DNA from: Auanema rhodensis
Lineage: Eukaryota > Animalia > Nematoda
Assembly: GCA_964057225.1 (NCBI GenBank)
Contig: OZ059897.1
Location: forward strand, 17,794,001 to 17,858,000
Length of the DNA: 64,000 bases
Direction of reading: 5' to 3'
Within the stretch, counting starts at the first letter, position 1, and each line of letters begins with the position of its first letter. The notes beneath the pieces were generated by a model, which saw nothing but the letters and a program-made list of their open reading frames with translations, did no database searches and was not told the DNA's origin. This document shows positions 40,901 through 56,863 of the stretch, piece by piece. The position numbers were made by a program, and so were the translations under genes.

Positions 40901-43900
40901 AAAAAGTAATTCTTCAGGGTGAAAATCGAGGATATAAGTGTGAACTTATATCAGTTGATATCTCGGTGCATTTTTAAGCTAGCGCAAATCTGATAACACA
41001 GATCGACGCAGCTTAAAAATCCGCATCGAATGCACTATACTACATTGAGAAACCCTTAATACAAAAATTAGTTATGATCGTTTGAAAAATGATGCATTAG
41101 TGTATGTTGAGTTTCCATGTACACTCAACATTGCTTCCAAAAACATTTTGACAAAAATTTTTTCGAAAAATTTCAAAATAATTTAGCAAAAAGTAGATGT
41201 TTTTAGATTCCATTTTTCAAAGCAAAGACGATGGACAATGTTATTCAACGAAAAAAGTAATTCTTCAGGGTGAAAATCGAGGATATAAGTGTGAACTTAT
41301 ATCAGTTGATATCTCGGTGCATTTTTAAGCTAGCGCAAATCTGATAACACAGATCGACGCAGCTTAAAAATCCGCATCGAATGCACTATACTACATTGAG
41401 AAACGCTTAATACAAAAATTAGTTATAATCGTTTGAAAAATGATGCATTAGTGTATGTTGAGTTTCCATGTACACTCAACATTGCTTCCAAAAACATTTT
41501 GACAAAAATTTTTTCGAAAAATTTCAAAATAATTTAGCAAAAAGTAGATGTTTTTAGATTTCATTTTCCAAGGCGAAGACGATGGACAATGTTATTCAAC
41601 GAAAAAATTAATTCTTCAGGGTGAAAATCGAGGATATAAGTGTGAACTTATATCAGTTGATATCTCGGTGCATTTTTAAGCTAGCGCAAATCTGATAACA
41701 CAGATCGACGCAGCTTAAAAATCCGCATCGAATGCACTATACTACATCGAGAAACGCTTAATACAAAAATTAGTTATAATCGTTTGAAAAATGATGCATT
41801 AGTGTATGTTGAGTTTCCATGTACACTCAACATTGCTTCCAAAAACATTTTGACAAAAATTTTTTCGAAAAATTTCAAAATAATTTAGCAAAAAGTAGAT
41901 GTTTTTAGATTCCATTTTTCAAGGCAAAGACGATGGACAATGTTATTCAACGAAAAAAGTAATTCTTCAGGGTGAAAATCGAGGATATAAGTGTGAACTT
42001 ATATCAGTTGATATCTCGGTGCATTTTTAAGCTAGCGCAAATCTGATAACACAGATCGACGCAGCTTAAAAATCCGCATCGAATGCACTATACTACATTG
42101 AGAAACGCTTAATACAAAAATTAGTTATAATCGTTTGAAAAATGATGCATTAGTGTATGTTGAGTTTCCATGTACACTCAACATTGCTTCTAAAAACATT
42201 TTGACAAAAATTTTTTCGAAAAATTTCAAAATAATTTAGCAAAAAGTAGATGTTTTTAGATTTCATTTTCCAAGGCGAAGACGATGGACAATGTTATTCA
42301 ACGAAAAAATTAATTCTTCAGGGTGAAAATCGAGGATATAAGTGTGAACTTATATCAGTTGATATCTCGGTGCATTTTTAAGCTAGCGCAAATCTGATAA
42401 CACAGATCGACGCAGCTTAAAAATCCGCATCGAATGCACTATACTACATCGAGAAACGCTTAATACAAAAATTAGTTATAATCGTTTGAAAAATGATGCA
42501 TTAGTGTATGTTGAGTTTCCATGTACACTCAACATTGCTTCCAAAAACATTTTGACAAAAATTTTTTCGAAAAATTTCAAAATAATTTAGCAAAAAGTAG
42601 ATGTTTTTAGATTCCATTTTTCAAGGCAAAGACGATGGACAATGTTATTCAACGAAAAAAGTAATTCTTCAGGGTGAAAATCGAGGATATAAGTGTGAAC
42701 TTATATCAGTTGATATCTCGGTGCATTTTTAAGCTAGCGCAAATCTGATAACACAGATCGACGCAGCTTAAAAATCCGCATCGAATGCACTATACTACAT
42801 TGAGAAACGCTTAATACAAAAATTAGTTATAATCGTTTGAAAAATGATGCATTAGTGTATGTTGAGTTTCCATGTACACTCAACATTGCTTCCAAAAACA
42901 TTTTGACAAAAATTTTTTCGAAAAATTTCAAACTAATTTAGCAAAAAGTAGATGTTTTTAGATTTCATTTTCCAAGGCGAAGACGATGGACAATGTTATT
43001 CAACGAAAAAATTAATTCTTCAGGGTGAAAATCGAGGATATAAGTGTGAACTTATATCAGTTGATATCTCGGTGCATTTTTAAGCTAGCGCAAATCTGAT
43101 AACACAGATCGACGCAGCTTAAAAATCCGCATCGAATGAACTATACTACATCGAGAAACGCTTAATACAAAAATTAGTTATAATCGTTTGAAAAATGATG
43201 CATTAGTGTATGTTGAGTTTCCATGTACACTCAACATTGCTTCCAAAAACATTTTGACAAAAATTTTTTCGAAAAATTTCAAAATAATTTAGCAAAAAGT
43301 AGATGTTTTTAGATTCCATTTTTCAAGGCAAAGACGATGGACAATGTTATTCAACGAAAAAATTAATTCTTCAGGGTGAAAATCGAGGATATAAGTGTGA
43401 ACTTATATCAGTTGATATCTTGGTGCATTTTTAAGCTAGCGCAAATCTGATAACACAGATCGACGCAGCTTAAAAATCCGCATCGAATGCACTATACTAC
43501 ATTGAGAAACGCTTAATACAAAAATTAGTTATGATCGTTTGAAAAATGATGCATTAGTGTATGTTGAGTTTCCATGTACACTCAACATTGCTTCCAAAAA
43601 CATTTTGACAAAAATTTTTTCGAAAAATTTCAAAATAATTTAGCAAAAAGTAGATGTTTTTAGATTCCATTTTTCAAGGCAAAGACGATGGACAATGTTA
43701 TTCAACGAAAAAAGTAATTCTTCAGGGTGAAAATCGAGGATATAAGTGTGAACTTATATCAGTTGATATCTCGGTGCATTTTTAAGCTAGCGCAAATCTG
43801 ATAACACAGATCGACGCAGCTTAAAAATCCGCATCGAATGCACTATACTACATTGAGAAACGCTTAATACAAAAATTAGTTATAATCGTTTGAAAAATGA

Positions 43901-44227
43901 TGCATTAGTGTATGTTGAGTTTCCATGTACACTCAACATTGCTTCCAAAAACATTTTGACAAAAATTTTTTCGAAAAATTTCAAAATAATTTAGCAAAAA
44001 GTAGATGTTTTTAGATTCCATTTTCCAAGGCGAAGACGATGGACAATGTTATTCAACGAAAAAATTAATTCTTCAGGGTGAAAATCGAGGATATAAGTGT
44101 GAACTTATATCAGTTGATATCTCGGTGCATTTTTAAGCTAGCGCAAATCTGATAACACAGATCGACGCAGCTTAAAAATCCGCATCGAATGCACTATACT
44201 ACATCGAGAAACGCTTAATACAAAAAT

Positions 44228-47200
44228 TAGTTATAATCGTTTGAAAAATGATGCATTAGTGTATGTTGAGTTTCCATGTACACTCAACATTGCTTCCAAA
44301 AACATTTTGACAAAAATTTTTTCGAAAAATTTCAAAATAATTTAGCAAAAAGTAGATGTTTTTAGATTCCATTTTTCAAGGCAAAGACGATGGACAATGT
44401 TATTCAACGAAAAAATTAATTCTTCAGGGTGAAAATCGAGGATATAAGTGTGAACTTATATCAGTTGATATCTCGGTGCATTTTTAAGCTAGCGCAAATC
44501 TGATAACACAGATCGACGCAGCTTAAAAATCCGCATCGAATTCACTATACTACATTGAGAAACGCTCAATACAAAAATTAGTTATAATCGTTTGAAAAAT
44601 GATGCATTAGTGTATGTTGAGTTTCCATGTACACTCAACATTGCTTCCAAAAACATTTTGACAAAAATTTTTTCGAAAAATTTCAAAATAATTTAGCAAA
44701 AAGTAGATGTTTTTAGATTTCATTTTCCAAGGCGAAGACGATGGACAATGTTATTCAACGAAAAAATTAATTCTTCAGGGTGAAAATCGAGGATATAAGT
44801 GTGAACTTATATCAGTTGATATCTCGGTGCATTTTTAAGCTAGCGCAAATCTGATAACACAGATCGACGCAGCTTAAAAATCCGCATCGAATGCACTATA
44901 CTACATCGAGAAACGCTTAATACAAAAATTAGTTATAATCGTTTGAAAAATGATGCATTAGTGTATGTTGAGTTTCCATGTACACTCAACATTGCTTCCA
45001 AAAACATTTTGACAAAAATTTTTTCGAAAAATTTCAAAATAATTTAGCAAAAAGTAGATGTTTTTAGATTCCATTTTTCAAGGCAAAGACGATGGACAAT
45101 GTTATTCAACGAAAAAAGTAATTCTTCAGGGTGAAAATCGAGGATATAAGTGTGAACTTATATCAGTTGATATCTCGGTGCATTTTTAAGCTAGCGCAAA
45201 TCTGATAACACAGATCGACGCAGCTTAAAAATCCGCATCGAATGCACTATACTACATTGAGAAACCCTTAATACAAAAATTAGTTATGATCGTTTGAAAA
45301 ATGATGCATTAGTGTATGTTGAGTTTCCATGTACAATCAACATTGCTTCCAAAAACATTTTGACAAAAATTTTTTCGAAAAATTTCAAAATAATTTAGCA
45401 AAAAGTAGATGTTTTTAGATTCCATTTTTCAAGGCAAAGACGATGGACAATGTTATTCAACGAAAAAAGTAATTCTTCAGGGTGAAAATCGAGGATATAA
45501 GTGTGAACTTATATCAGTTGATATCTCGGTGCATTTTTAAGCTAGCGCAAATCTGATAACACAGATCGACGCAGCTTAAAAATCCGCATCGAATGCACTA
45601 TACTACATTGAGAAACCCTTAATACAAAAATTAGTTATGATCGTTTGAAAAATGATGCATTAGTGTATGTTGAGTTTCCATGTACACTCAACATTGCTTC
45701 CAAAAACATTTTGACAAAAATTTTTTCGAAAAATTTCAAAATAATTTAGCAAAAAGTAGATGTTTTTAGATTCCATTTTTCAAAGCAAAGACGATGGACA
45801 ATGTTATTCAACGAAAAAAGTAATTCTTCAGGGTGAAAATCGAGGATATAAGTGTGAACTTATATCAGTTGATATCTCGGTGCATTTTTAAGCTAGCGCA
45901 AATCTGATAACACAGATCGACGCAGCTTAAAAATCCGCATCGAATGCACTATACTACATTGAGAAACGCTTAATACAAAAATTAGTTATAATCGTTTGAA
46001 AAATGATGCATTAGTGTATGTTGAGTTTCCATGTACACTCAACATTGCTTCCAAAAACATTTTGACAAAAATTTTTTCGAAAAATTTCGAAATAATTTAG
46101 CAAAAAGTAGATGTTTTTAGATTTCATTTTCCAAGGAGAAGACGATGGACAATGTTATTCAACGAAAAAATTAATTCTTCAGGGTGAAAATCGAGGATAT
46201 AAGTGTGAACTTATATCAGTTGATATCTCGGTGCATTTTTAAGCTAGCGCAAATCTGATAACACAGATCGACGCAGCTTAAAAATCCGCATCGAATGCAC
46301 TATACTACATCGAGAAACGCTTAATACAAAAATTAGTTATAATCGTTTGAAAAATGATGCATTAGTGTATGTTGAGTTTCCATGTACACTCAACATTGCT
46401 TCCAAAAACATTTTGACAAAAATTTTTTCGAAATATTTCAAAATAATTTAGCAAAAAGTAGATGTTTTTAGATTCCATTTTTCAAGGCAAAGACGATGGA
46501 CAATGTTATTCAACGAAAAAATTAATTCTTCAGGGTGAAAATCGAGGATATAAGTGTGAACTTATATCAGTTGATATCTCGGTGCATTTTTAAGCTAGCG
46601 CAAATCTGATAACACAGATCGACGCAGCTTAAAAATCCGCATCGAATTCACTATACTACATTGAGAAACGCTCAATACAAAAATTAGTTATAATCGTTTG
46701 AAAAATGATGCATTAGTGTATGTTGAGTTTCCATGTACACTCAACATTGCTTCCAAAAACATTTTGACAAAAATTTTTTCGAAAAATTTCAAAATAATTT
46801 AGCAAAAAGTAGATGTTTTTAGATTTCATTTTCCAAGGCGAAGACGATGGACAATGTTATTCAACGAAAAAATTAATTCTTCAGGGTGAAAATCGAGGAT
46901 ATAAGTGTGAACTTATATCAGTTGATATCTCGGTGCATTTTTAAGCTAGCGCAAATCTGATAACACAGATCGACGCAGCTTAAAAATCCGCATCGAATGC
47001 ACTATACTACATCGAGAAACGCTTAATACAAAAATTAGTTATAATCGTTTGAAAAATGATGCATTAGTGTATGTTGAGTTTCCATGTACACTCAACATTG
47101 CTTCCAAAAACATTTTGACAAAAATTTTTTCGAAAAATTTCAAAATAATTTAGCAAAAAGTAGATGTTTTTAGATTCCATTTTTCAAGGCAAAGACGATG

Positions 47201-48439
47201 GACAATGTTATTCAACGAAAAAAGTAATTCTTCAGGGTGAAAATCGAGGATATAAGTGTGAACTTATATCAGTTGATATCTCGGTGCATTTTTAAGCTAG
47301 CGCAAATCTGATAACACAGATCGACGCAGCTTAAAAATCCGCATCGAATGCACTATACTACATTGAGAAACCCTTAATACAAAAATTAGTTATGATCGTT
47401 TGAAAAATGATGCATTAGTGTATGTTGAGTTTCCATGTACAATCAACATTGCTTCCAAAAACATTTTGACAAAAATTTTTTCGAAAAATTTCAAAATAAT
47501 TTAGCAAAAAGTAGATGTTTTTAGATTCCATTTTTCAAGGCAAAGACGATGGACAATGTTATTCAACGAAAAAAGTAATTCTTCAGGGTGAAAATCGAGG
47601 ATATAAGTGTGAACTTATATCAGTTGATATCTCGGTGCATTTTTAAGCTAGCGCAAATCTGATAACACAGATCGACGCAGCTTAAAAATCCGCATCGAAT
47701 GCACTATACTACATTGAGAAACCCTTAATACAAAAATTAGTTATGATCGTTTGAAAAATGATGCATTAGTGTATGTTGAGTTTCCATGTACACTCAACAT
47801 TGCTTCCAAAAACATTTTGACAAAAATTTTTTCGAAAAATTTCAAAATAATTTAGCAAAAAGTAGATGTTTTTAGATTCCATTTTTCAAAGCAAAGACGA
47901 TGGACAATGTTATTCAACGAAAAAAGTAATTCTTCAGGGTGAAAATCGAGGATATAAGTGTGAACTTATATCAGTTGATATCTCGGTGCATTTTTAAGCT
48001 AGCGCAAATCTGATAACACAGATCGACGCAGCTTAAAAATCCGCATCGAATGCACTATACTACATTGAGAAACGCTTAATACAAAAATTAGTTATAATCG
48101 TTTGAAAAATGATGCATTAGTGTATGTTGAGTTTCCATGTACACTCAACATTGCTTCCAAAAACATTTTGACAAAAATTTTTTCGAAAAATTTCGAAATA
48201 ATTTAGCAAAAAGTAGATGTTTTTAGATTTCATTTTCCAAGGAGAAGACGATGGACAATGTTATTCAACGAAAAAATTAATTCTTCAGGGTGAAAATCGA
48301 GGATATAAGTGTGAACTTATATCAGTTGATATCTCGGTGCATTTTTAAGCTAGCGCAAATCTGATAACACAGATCGACGCAGCTTAAAAATCCGCATCGA
48401 ATGCACTATACTACATCGAGAAACGCTTAATACAAAAAT
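44228..48439. repeat. Tandem duplication of a 6-monomer block (period 2106 bp), M127-132 / M133-138
   Basis: TACAATC at 45336/47442. AAGGAGAAG together with TTCGAAAT occurs in M132 and M138. Confidence 0.9.
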
Positions 48440-51400
48440 TAGTTATAATCGTTTGAAAAATGATGCATTAGTGTATGTTGAGTTTCCATGTACACTCAAC
48501 ATTGCTTCCAAAAACATTTTGACAAAAATTTTTTCGAAAAATTTCAAAATAATTTAGCAAAAAGTAGATGTTTTTAGATTCCATTTTTCAAGGCAAAGAC
48601 GATGGACAATGTTATTCAACGAAAAAAGTAATTCTTCAGGGTGAAAATCGAGGATATAAGTGTGAACTTATATCAGTTGATATCTCGGTGCATTTTTAAG
48701 CTAGCGCAAATCTGATAACACAGATCGACGCAGCTTAAAAATCCGCATCGAATGCACTATACTACATTGAGAAACGCTTAATACAAAAATTAGTTATAAT
48801 CGTTTGAAAAATGATGCATTAGTGTATGTTGAGTTTCCATGTACACTCAACATTGCTTCCAAAAACATTTTGACAAAAATTTTTTCGAAAAATTTCAAAA
48901 TAATTTAGCAAAAAGTAGATGTTTTTAGATTTCATTTTCCAAGGCGAAGACGATGGACAATGTTATTCAACGAAAAAATTAATTCTTCAGGGTGAAAATC
49001 GAGGATATAAGTGTGAACTTATATCAGTTGATATCTCGGTGCATTTTTAAGCTAGCGCAAATCTGATAACACAGATCGACGCAGCTTAAAAATCCGCATC
49101 GAATGCACTATACTACATCGAGAAACGCTTAATACAAAAATTAGTTATAATCGTTTGAAAAATGATGCATTAGTGCATGTTGAGTTTCCATGTACACTCA
49201 ACATTGCTTCCAAAAACATTTTGACAAAAATTTTTTCGAAAAATTTCAAAATAATTTAGCAAAAAGTAGATGTTTTTAGATTTCATTTTTCAAGGCAAAG
49301 ACGATGGACAATGTTATTCAACGAAAAAATTAATTCTTCAGGGTGAAAATCGAGGATATAAGTGTGAACTTATATCAGTTGATATCTCGGTGCATTTTTA
49401 AGCTAGCGCAAATCTGATAACACAGATCGACGCAGCTTAAAAATCCGCATCGAATGCACTATACTACATTGAGAAACGCTTAATACAAAAATTAGTTATA
49501 ATCGTTTGAAAAATGATGCATTAGTGTATGTTGAGTTTCCATGTACACTCAACATTGCTTCCAAAAACATTTTGACAAAAATTTTTTCGAAAAATTTCAA
49601 AATAATTTAGCAAAAAGTAGATGTTTTTAGATTTCATTTTCCAAGGCGAAGACGATGGACAATGTTATTCAACGAAAAAATTAATTCTTCAGGGTGAAAA
49701 TCGAGGATATAAGTGTGAACTTATATCAGTTGATATCTCGGTGCATTTTTAAGCTAGCGCAAATCTGATAACACAGATCGACGCAGCTTAAAAATCCGCA
49801 TCGAATGCACTATACTACATCGAGAAACGCTTAATACAAAAATTAGTTATAATCGTTTGAAAAATGATGCATTAGTGTATGTTGAGTTTCCATGTACACT
49901 CAACATTGCTTCCAAAAACATTTTGACAAAAATTTTTTCGAAAAATTTCAAAATAATTTAGCAAAAAGTAGATGTTTTTAGATTTCATTTTTCAAGGCAA
50001 AGACGATGGACAATGTTATTCAACGAAAAAATTAATTCTTCAGGGTGAAAATCGAGGATATAAGTGTGAACTTATATCAGTTGATATCTCGGTGCATTTT
50101 TAAGCTAGCGCAAATCTGATAACACAGATCGACGCAGCTTAAAAATCCGCATCGAATGCACTATACTACATTGAGAAACGCTTAATACAAAAATTAGTTA
50201 TAATCGTTTGAAAAATGATGCATTAGTGTATGTTGAGTTTCCATGTACACTCAACATTGCTTCCAAAAACATTTTGACAAAAATTTTTTCGAAAAATTTC
50301 AAGATAATTTAGCAAAAAGTAGATGTTTTTAGATTTCATTTTCCAAGGCGAAGACGATGGACAATGTTATTCAACGAAAAAATTAATTCTTCAGGGTGAA
50401 AATCGAGGATATAAGTGTGAACATATATCAGTTGATATCTCGGTGCATTTTTAAGCTAGCGCAAATCTGATAACACAGATCGACGCAGCTTAAAAATCCG
50501 CATCGAATGCACTATACTACATCGAGAAACGCTTAATACAAAAATTAGTTATAATCGTTTGAAAAATGATGCATTAGTGTATGTTGAGTTTCCATGTACA
50601 CTCAACATTGCTTCCAAAAACATTTTGACAAAAATTTTTTCGAAAAATTTCAAAATAATTTAGCAAAAAGTAGATGTTTTTAGATTTCATTTTTCAAGGC
50701 AAAGACGATGGACAATGTTATTCAACGAAAAAAGTAATTCTTCAGGGTGAAAATCGAGGATATAAGTGTGAACTTATATCAGTTGATATCTCGGTGCATT
50801 TTTAAGCTAGCGCAAATCTGATAACACAGATCGACGCAGCTTAAAAATCCGCATCGAATGCACTATACTACATTGAGAAACGCTTAATACAAAAATTAGT
50901 TATAATCGTTTGAAAAATGATGCATTAGTGTATGTTGAGTTTCCATGTACACTCAACATTGCTTCCAAAAACATTTTGACAAAAATTTTTTCGAAAAATT
51001 TCAAAATAATTTAGCAAAAAGTAGATGTTTTTAGATTCCATTTTTCAAGGCAAAGACGATGGACAATGTTATTCAACGAAAAAATTAATTCTTCAGGGTG
51101 AAAATCGAGGATATAAGTGTGAACTTATATCAGTTGATATCTCGGTGCATTTTTAAGCTAGCGCAAATCTGATAACACAGATCGACGCAGCTTAAAAATC
51201 CGCATCGAATTCACTATACTACATTGAGAAACGCTCAATACAAAAATTAGTTATAATCGTTTGAAAAATGATGCATTAGTGTATGTTGAGTTTCCATGTA
51301 CACTCAACATTGCTTCCAAAAACATTTTGACAAAAATTTTTTCGAAAAATTTCAAAATAATTTAGCAAAAAGTAGATGTTTTTAGATTTCATTTTCCAAG

Positions 51401-54400
51401 GCGAAGACGATGGACAATGTTATTCAACGAAAAAATTAATTCTTCAGGGTGAAAATCGAGGATATAAGTGTGAACTTATATCAGTTGATATCTCGGTGCA
51501 TTTTTAAGCTAGCGCAAATCTGATAACACAGATCGACGCAGCTTAAAAATCCGCATCGAATGCACTATACTACATCGAGAAACGCTTAATACAAAAATTA
51601 GTTATAATCGTTTGAAAAATGATGCATTAGTGTATGTTGAGTTTCCATGTACACTCAACATTGCTTCCAAAAACATTTTGACAAAAATTTTTTCGAAAAA
51701 TTTCAAAATAATTTAGCAAAAAGTAGATGTTTTTAGATTCCATTTTTCAAGGCAAAGACGATGGACAATGTTATTCAACGAAAAAAGTAATTCTTCAGGG
51801 TGAAAATCGAGGATATAAGTGTGAACTTATATCAGTTGATATCTCGGTGCATTTTTAAGCTAGCGCAAATCTGATAACACAGATCGACGCAGCTTAAAAA
51901 TCCGCATCGAATGCACTATACTACATTGAGAAACCCTTAATACAAAAATTAGTTATGATCGTTTGAAAAATGATGCATTAGTGTATGTTGAGTTTCCATG
52001 TACAATCAACATTGCTTCCAAAAACATTTTGACAAAAATTTTTTCGAAAAATTTCAAAATAATTTAGCAAAAAGTAGATGTTTTTAGATTCCATTTTTCA
52101 AGGCAAAGACGATGGACAATGTTATTCAACGAAAAAAGTAATTCTTCAGGGTGAAAATCGAGGATATAAGTGTGAACTTATATCAGTTGATATCTCGGTG
52201 CATTTTTAAGCTAGCGCAAATCTGATAACACAGATCGACGCAGCTTAAAAATCCGCATCGAATGCACTATACTACATTGAGAAACCCTTAATACAAAAAT
52301 TAGTTATGATCGTTTGAAAAATGATGCATTAGTGTATGTTGAGTTTCCATGTACACTCAACATTGCTTCCAAAAACATTTTGACAAAAATTTTTTCGAAA
52401 AATTTCAAAATAATTTAGCAAAAAGTAGATGTTTTTAGATTCCATTTTTCAAAGCAAAGACGATGGACAATGTTATTCAACGAAAAAAGTAATTCTTCAG
52501 GGTGAAAATCGAGGATATAAGTGTGAACTTATATCAGTTGATATCTCGGTGCATTTTTAAGCTAGCGCAAATCTGATAACACAGATCGACGCAGCTTAAA
52601 AATCCGCATCGAATGCACTATACTACATTGAGAAACGCTTAATACAAAAATTAGTTATAATCGTTTGAAAAATGATGCATTAGTGTATGTTGAGTTTCCA
52701 TGTACACTCAACATTGCTTCCAAAAACATTTTGACAAAAATTTTTTCGAAAAATTTCGAAATAATTTAGCAAAAAGTAGATGTTTTTAGATTTCATTTTC
52801 CAAGGAGAAGACGATGGACAATGTTATTCAACGAAAAAATTAATTCTTCAGGGTGAAAATCGAGGATATAAGTGTGAACTTATATCAGTTGATATCTCGG
52901 TGCATTTTTAAGCTAGCGCAAATCTGATAACACAGATCGACGCAGCTTAAAAATCCGCATCGAATGCACTATACTACATCGAGAAACGCTTAATACAAAA
53001 ATTAGTTATAATCGTTTGAAAAATGATGCATTAGTGTATGTTGAGTTTCCATGTACACTCAACATTGCTTCCAAAAACATTTTGACAAAAATTTTTTCGA
53101 AAAATTTCAAAATAATTTAGCAAAAAGTAGATGTTTTTAGATTCCATTTTTCAAGGCAAAGACGATGGACAATGTTATTCAACGAAAAAAGTAATTCTTC
53201 AGGGTGAAAATCGAGGATATAAGTGTGAACTTATATCAGTTGATATCTCGGTGCATTTTTAAGCTAGCGCAAATCTGATAACACAGATCGACGCAGCTTA
53301 AAAATCCGCATCGAATGCACTATACTACATTGAGAAACCCTTAATACAAAAATTAGTTATGATCGTTTGAAAAATGATGCATTAGTGTATGTTGAGTTTC
53401 CATGTACAATCAACATTGCTTCCAAAAACATTTTGACAAAAATTTTTTCGAAAAATTTCAAAATAATTTAGCAAAAAGTAGATGTTTTTAGATTCCATTT
53501 TTCAAGGCAAAGACGATGGACAATGTTATTCAACGAAAAAAGTAATTCTTCAGGGTGAAAATCGAGGATATAAGTGTGAACTTATATCAGTTGATATCTC
53601 GGTGCATTTTTAAGCTAGCGCAAATCTGATAACACAGATCGACGCAGCTTAAAAATCCGCATCGAATGCACTATACTACATTGAGAAACCCTTAATACAA
53701 AAATTAGTTATGATCGTTTGAAAAATGATGCATTAGTGTATGTTGAGTTTCCATGTACACTCAACATTGCTTCCAAAAACATTTTGACAAAAATTTTTTC
53801 GAAAAATTTCAAAATAATTTAGCAAAAAGTAGATGTTTTTAGATTCCATTTTTCAAAGCAAAGACGATGGACAATGTTATTCAACGAAAAAAGTAATTCT
53901 TCAGGGTGAAAATCGAGGATATAAGTGTGAACTTATATCAGTTGATATCTCGGTGCATTTTTAAGCTAGCGCAAATCTGATAACACAGATCGACGCAGCT
54001 TAAAAATCCGCATCGAATGCACTATACTACATTGAGAAACGCTTAATACAAAAATTAGTTATAATCGTTTGAAAAATGATGCATTAGTGTATGTTGAGTT
54101 TCCATGTACACTCAACATTGCTTCCAAAAACATTTTGACAAAAATTTTTTCGAAAAATTTCGAAATAATTTAGCAAAAAGTAGATGTTTTTAGATTTCAT
54201 TTTCCAAGGAGAAGACGATGGACAATGTTATTCAACGAAAAAATTAATTCTTCAGGGTGAAAATCGAGGATATAAGTGTGAACTTATATCAGTTGATATC
54301 TCGGTGCATTTTTAAGCTAGCGCAAATCTGATAACACAGATCGACGCAGCTTAAAAATCCGCATCGAATGCACTATACTACATCGAGAAACGCTTAATAC

Positions 54401-56863
54401 AAAAATTAGTTATAATCGTTTGAAAAATGATGCATTAGTGTATGTTGAGTTTCCATGTACACTCAACATTGCTTCCAAAAACATTTTGACAAAAATTTTT
54501 TCGAAAAATTTCAAAATAATTTAGCAAAAAGTAGATGTTTTTAGATTCCATTTTTCAAGGCAAAGACGATGGACAATGTTATTCAACGAAAAAAGTAATT
54601 CTTCAGGGTGAAAATCGAGGATATAAGTGTGAACTTATATCAGTTGATATCTCGGTGCATTTTTAAGCTAGCGCAAATCTGATAACACAGATCGACGCAG
54701 CTTAAAAATCCGCATCGAATGCACTATACTACATTGAGAAACGCTTAATACAAAAATTAGTTATAATCGTTTGAAAAATGATGCATTAGTGTATGTTGAG
54801 TTTCCATGTACACTCAACATTGCTTCCAAAAACATTTTGACAAAAATTTTTTCGAAAAATTTCAAAATAATTTAGCAAAAAGTAGATGTTTTTAGATTTC
54901 ATTTTCCAAGGCGAAGACGATGGACAATGTTATTCAACGAAAAAATTAATTCTTCAGGGTGAAAATCGAGGATATAAGTGTGAACTTATATCAGTTGATA
55001 TCTCGGTGCATTTTTAAGCTAGCGCAAATCTGATAACACAGATCGACGCAGCTTAAAAATCCGCATCGAATGCACTATACTACATCGAGAAACGCTTAAT
55101 ACAAAAATTAGTTATAATCGTTTGAAAAATGATGCATTAGTGCATGTTGAGTTTCCATGTACACTCAACATTGCTTCCAAAAACATTTTGACAAAAATTT
55201 TTTCGAAAAATTTCAAAATAATTTAGCAAAAAGTAGATGTTTTTAGATTTCATTTTTCAAGGCAAAGACGATGGACAATGTTATTCAACGAAAAAATTAA
55301 TTCTTCAGGGTGAAAATCGAGGATATAAGTGTGAACTTATATCAGTTGATATCTCGGTGCATTTTTAAGCTAGCGCAAATCTGATAACACAGATCGACGC
55401 AGCTTAAAAATCCGCATCGAATGCACTATACTACATTGAGAAACGCTTAATACAAAAATTAGTTATAATCGTTTGAAAAATGATGCATTAGTGTATGTTG
55501 AGTTTCCATGTACACTCAACATTGCTTCCAAAAACATTTTGACAAAAATTTTTTCGAAAAATTTCAAAATAATTTAGCAAAAAGTAGATGTTTTTAGATT
55601 TCATTTTCCAAGGCGAAGACGATGGACAATGTTATTCAACGAAAAAATTAATTCTTCAGGGTGAAAATCGAGGATATAAGTGTGAACTTATATCAGTTGA
55701 TATCTCGGTGCATTTTTAAGCTAGCGCAAATCTGATAACACAGATCGACGCAGCTTAAAAATCCGCATCGAATGCACTATACTACATCGAGAAACGCTTA
55801 ATACAAAAATTAGTTATAATCGTTTGAAAAATGATGCATTAGTGTATGTTGAGTTTCCATGTACACTCAACATTGCTTCCAAAAACATTTTGACAAAAAT
55901 TTTTTCGAAAAATTTCAAAATAATTTAGCAAAAAGTAGATGTTTTTAGATTTCATTTTTCAAGGCAAAGACGATGGACAATGTTATTCAACGAAAAAATT
56001 AATTCTTCAGGGTGAAAATCGAGGATATAAGTGTGAACTTATATCAGTTGATATCTCGGTGCATTTTTAAGCTAGCGCAAATCTGATAACACAGATCGAC
56101 GCAGCTTAAAAATCCGCATCGAATGCACTATACTACATTGAGAAACGCTTAATACAAAAATTAGTTATAATCGTTTGAAAAATGATGCATTAGTGTATGT
56201 TGAGTTTCCATGTACACTCAACATTGCTTCCAAAAACATTTTGACAAAAATTTTTTCGAAAAATTTCAAGATAATTTAGCAAAAAGTAGATGTTTTTAGA
56301 TTTCATTTTCCAAGGCGAAGACGATGGACAATGTTATTCAACGAAAAAATTAATTCTTCAGGGTGAAAATCGAGGATATAAGTGTGAACATATATCAGTT
56401 GATATCTCGGTGCATTTTTAAGCTAGCGCAAATCTGATAACACAGATCGACGCAGCTTAAAAATCCGCATCGAATGCACTATACTACATCGAGAAACGCT
56501 TAATACAAAAATTAGTTATAATCGTTTGAAAAATGATGCATTAGTGTATGTTGAGTTTCCATGTACACTCAACATTGCTTCCAAAAACATTTTGACAAAA
56601 ATTTTTTCGAAAAATTTCAAAATAATTTAGCAAAAAGTAGATGTTTTTAGATTTCATTTTTCAAGGCAAAGACGATGGACAATGTTATTCAACGAAAAAA
56701 GTAATTCTTCAGGGTGAAAATCGAGGATATAAGTGTGAACTTATATCAGTTGATATCTCGGTGCATTTTTAAGCTAGCGCAAATCTGATAACACAGATCG
56801 ACGCAGCTTAAAAATCCGCATCGAATGCACTATACTACATTGAGAAACGCTTAATACAAAAAT
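46334..56863. repeat. 13-monomer duplication (M133-145 / M146-162) with a nested 4-monomer duplication (M148-151 / M152-155, 51599-54406)
   Basis: TACAATC at 47442, 52005 (+4563 = 13x351) and 53409 (+1404 = 4x351). GTGCATG at 49176/55143 and GAACATAT at 50423/56390 are each 5967 = 17x351 apart. Confidence 0.88.
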
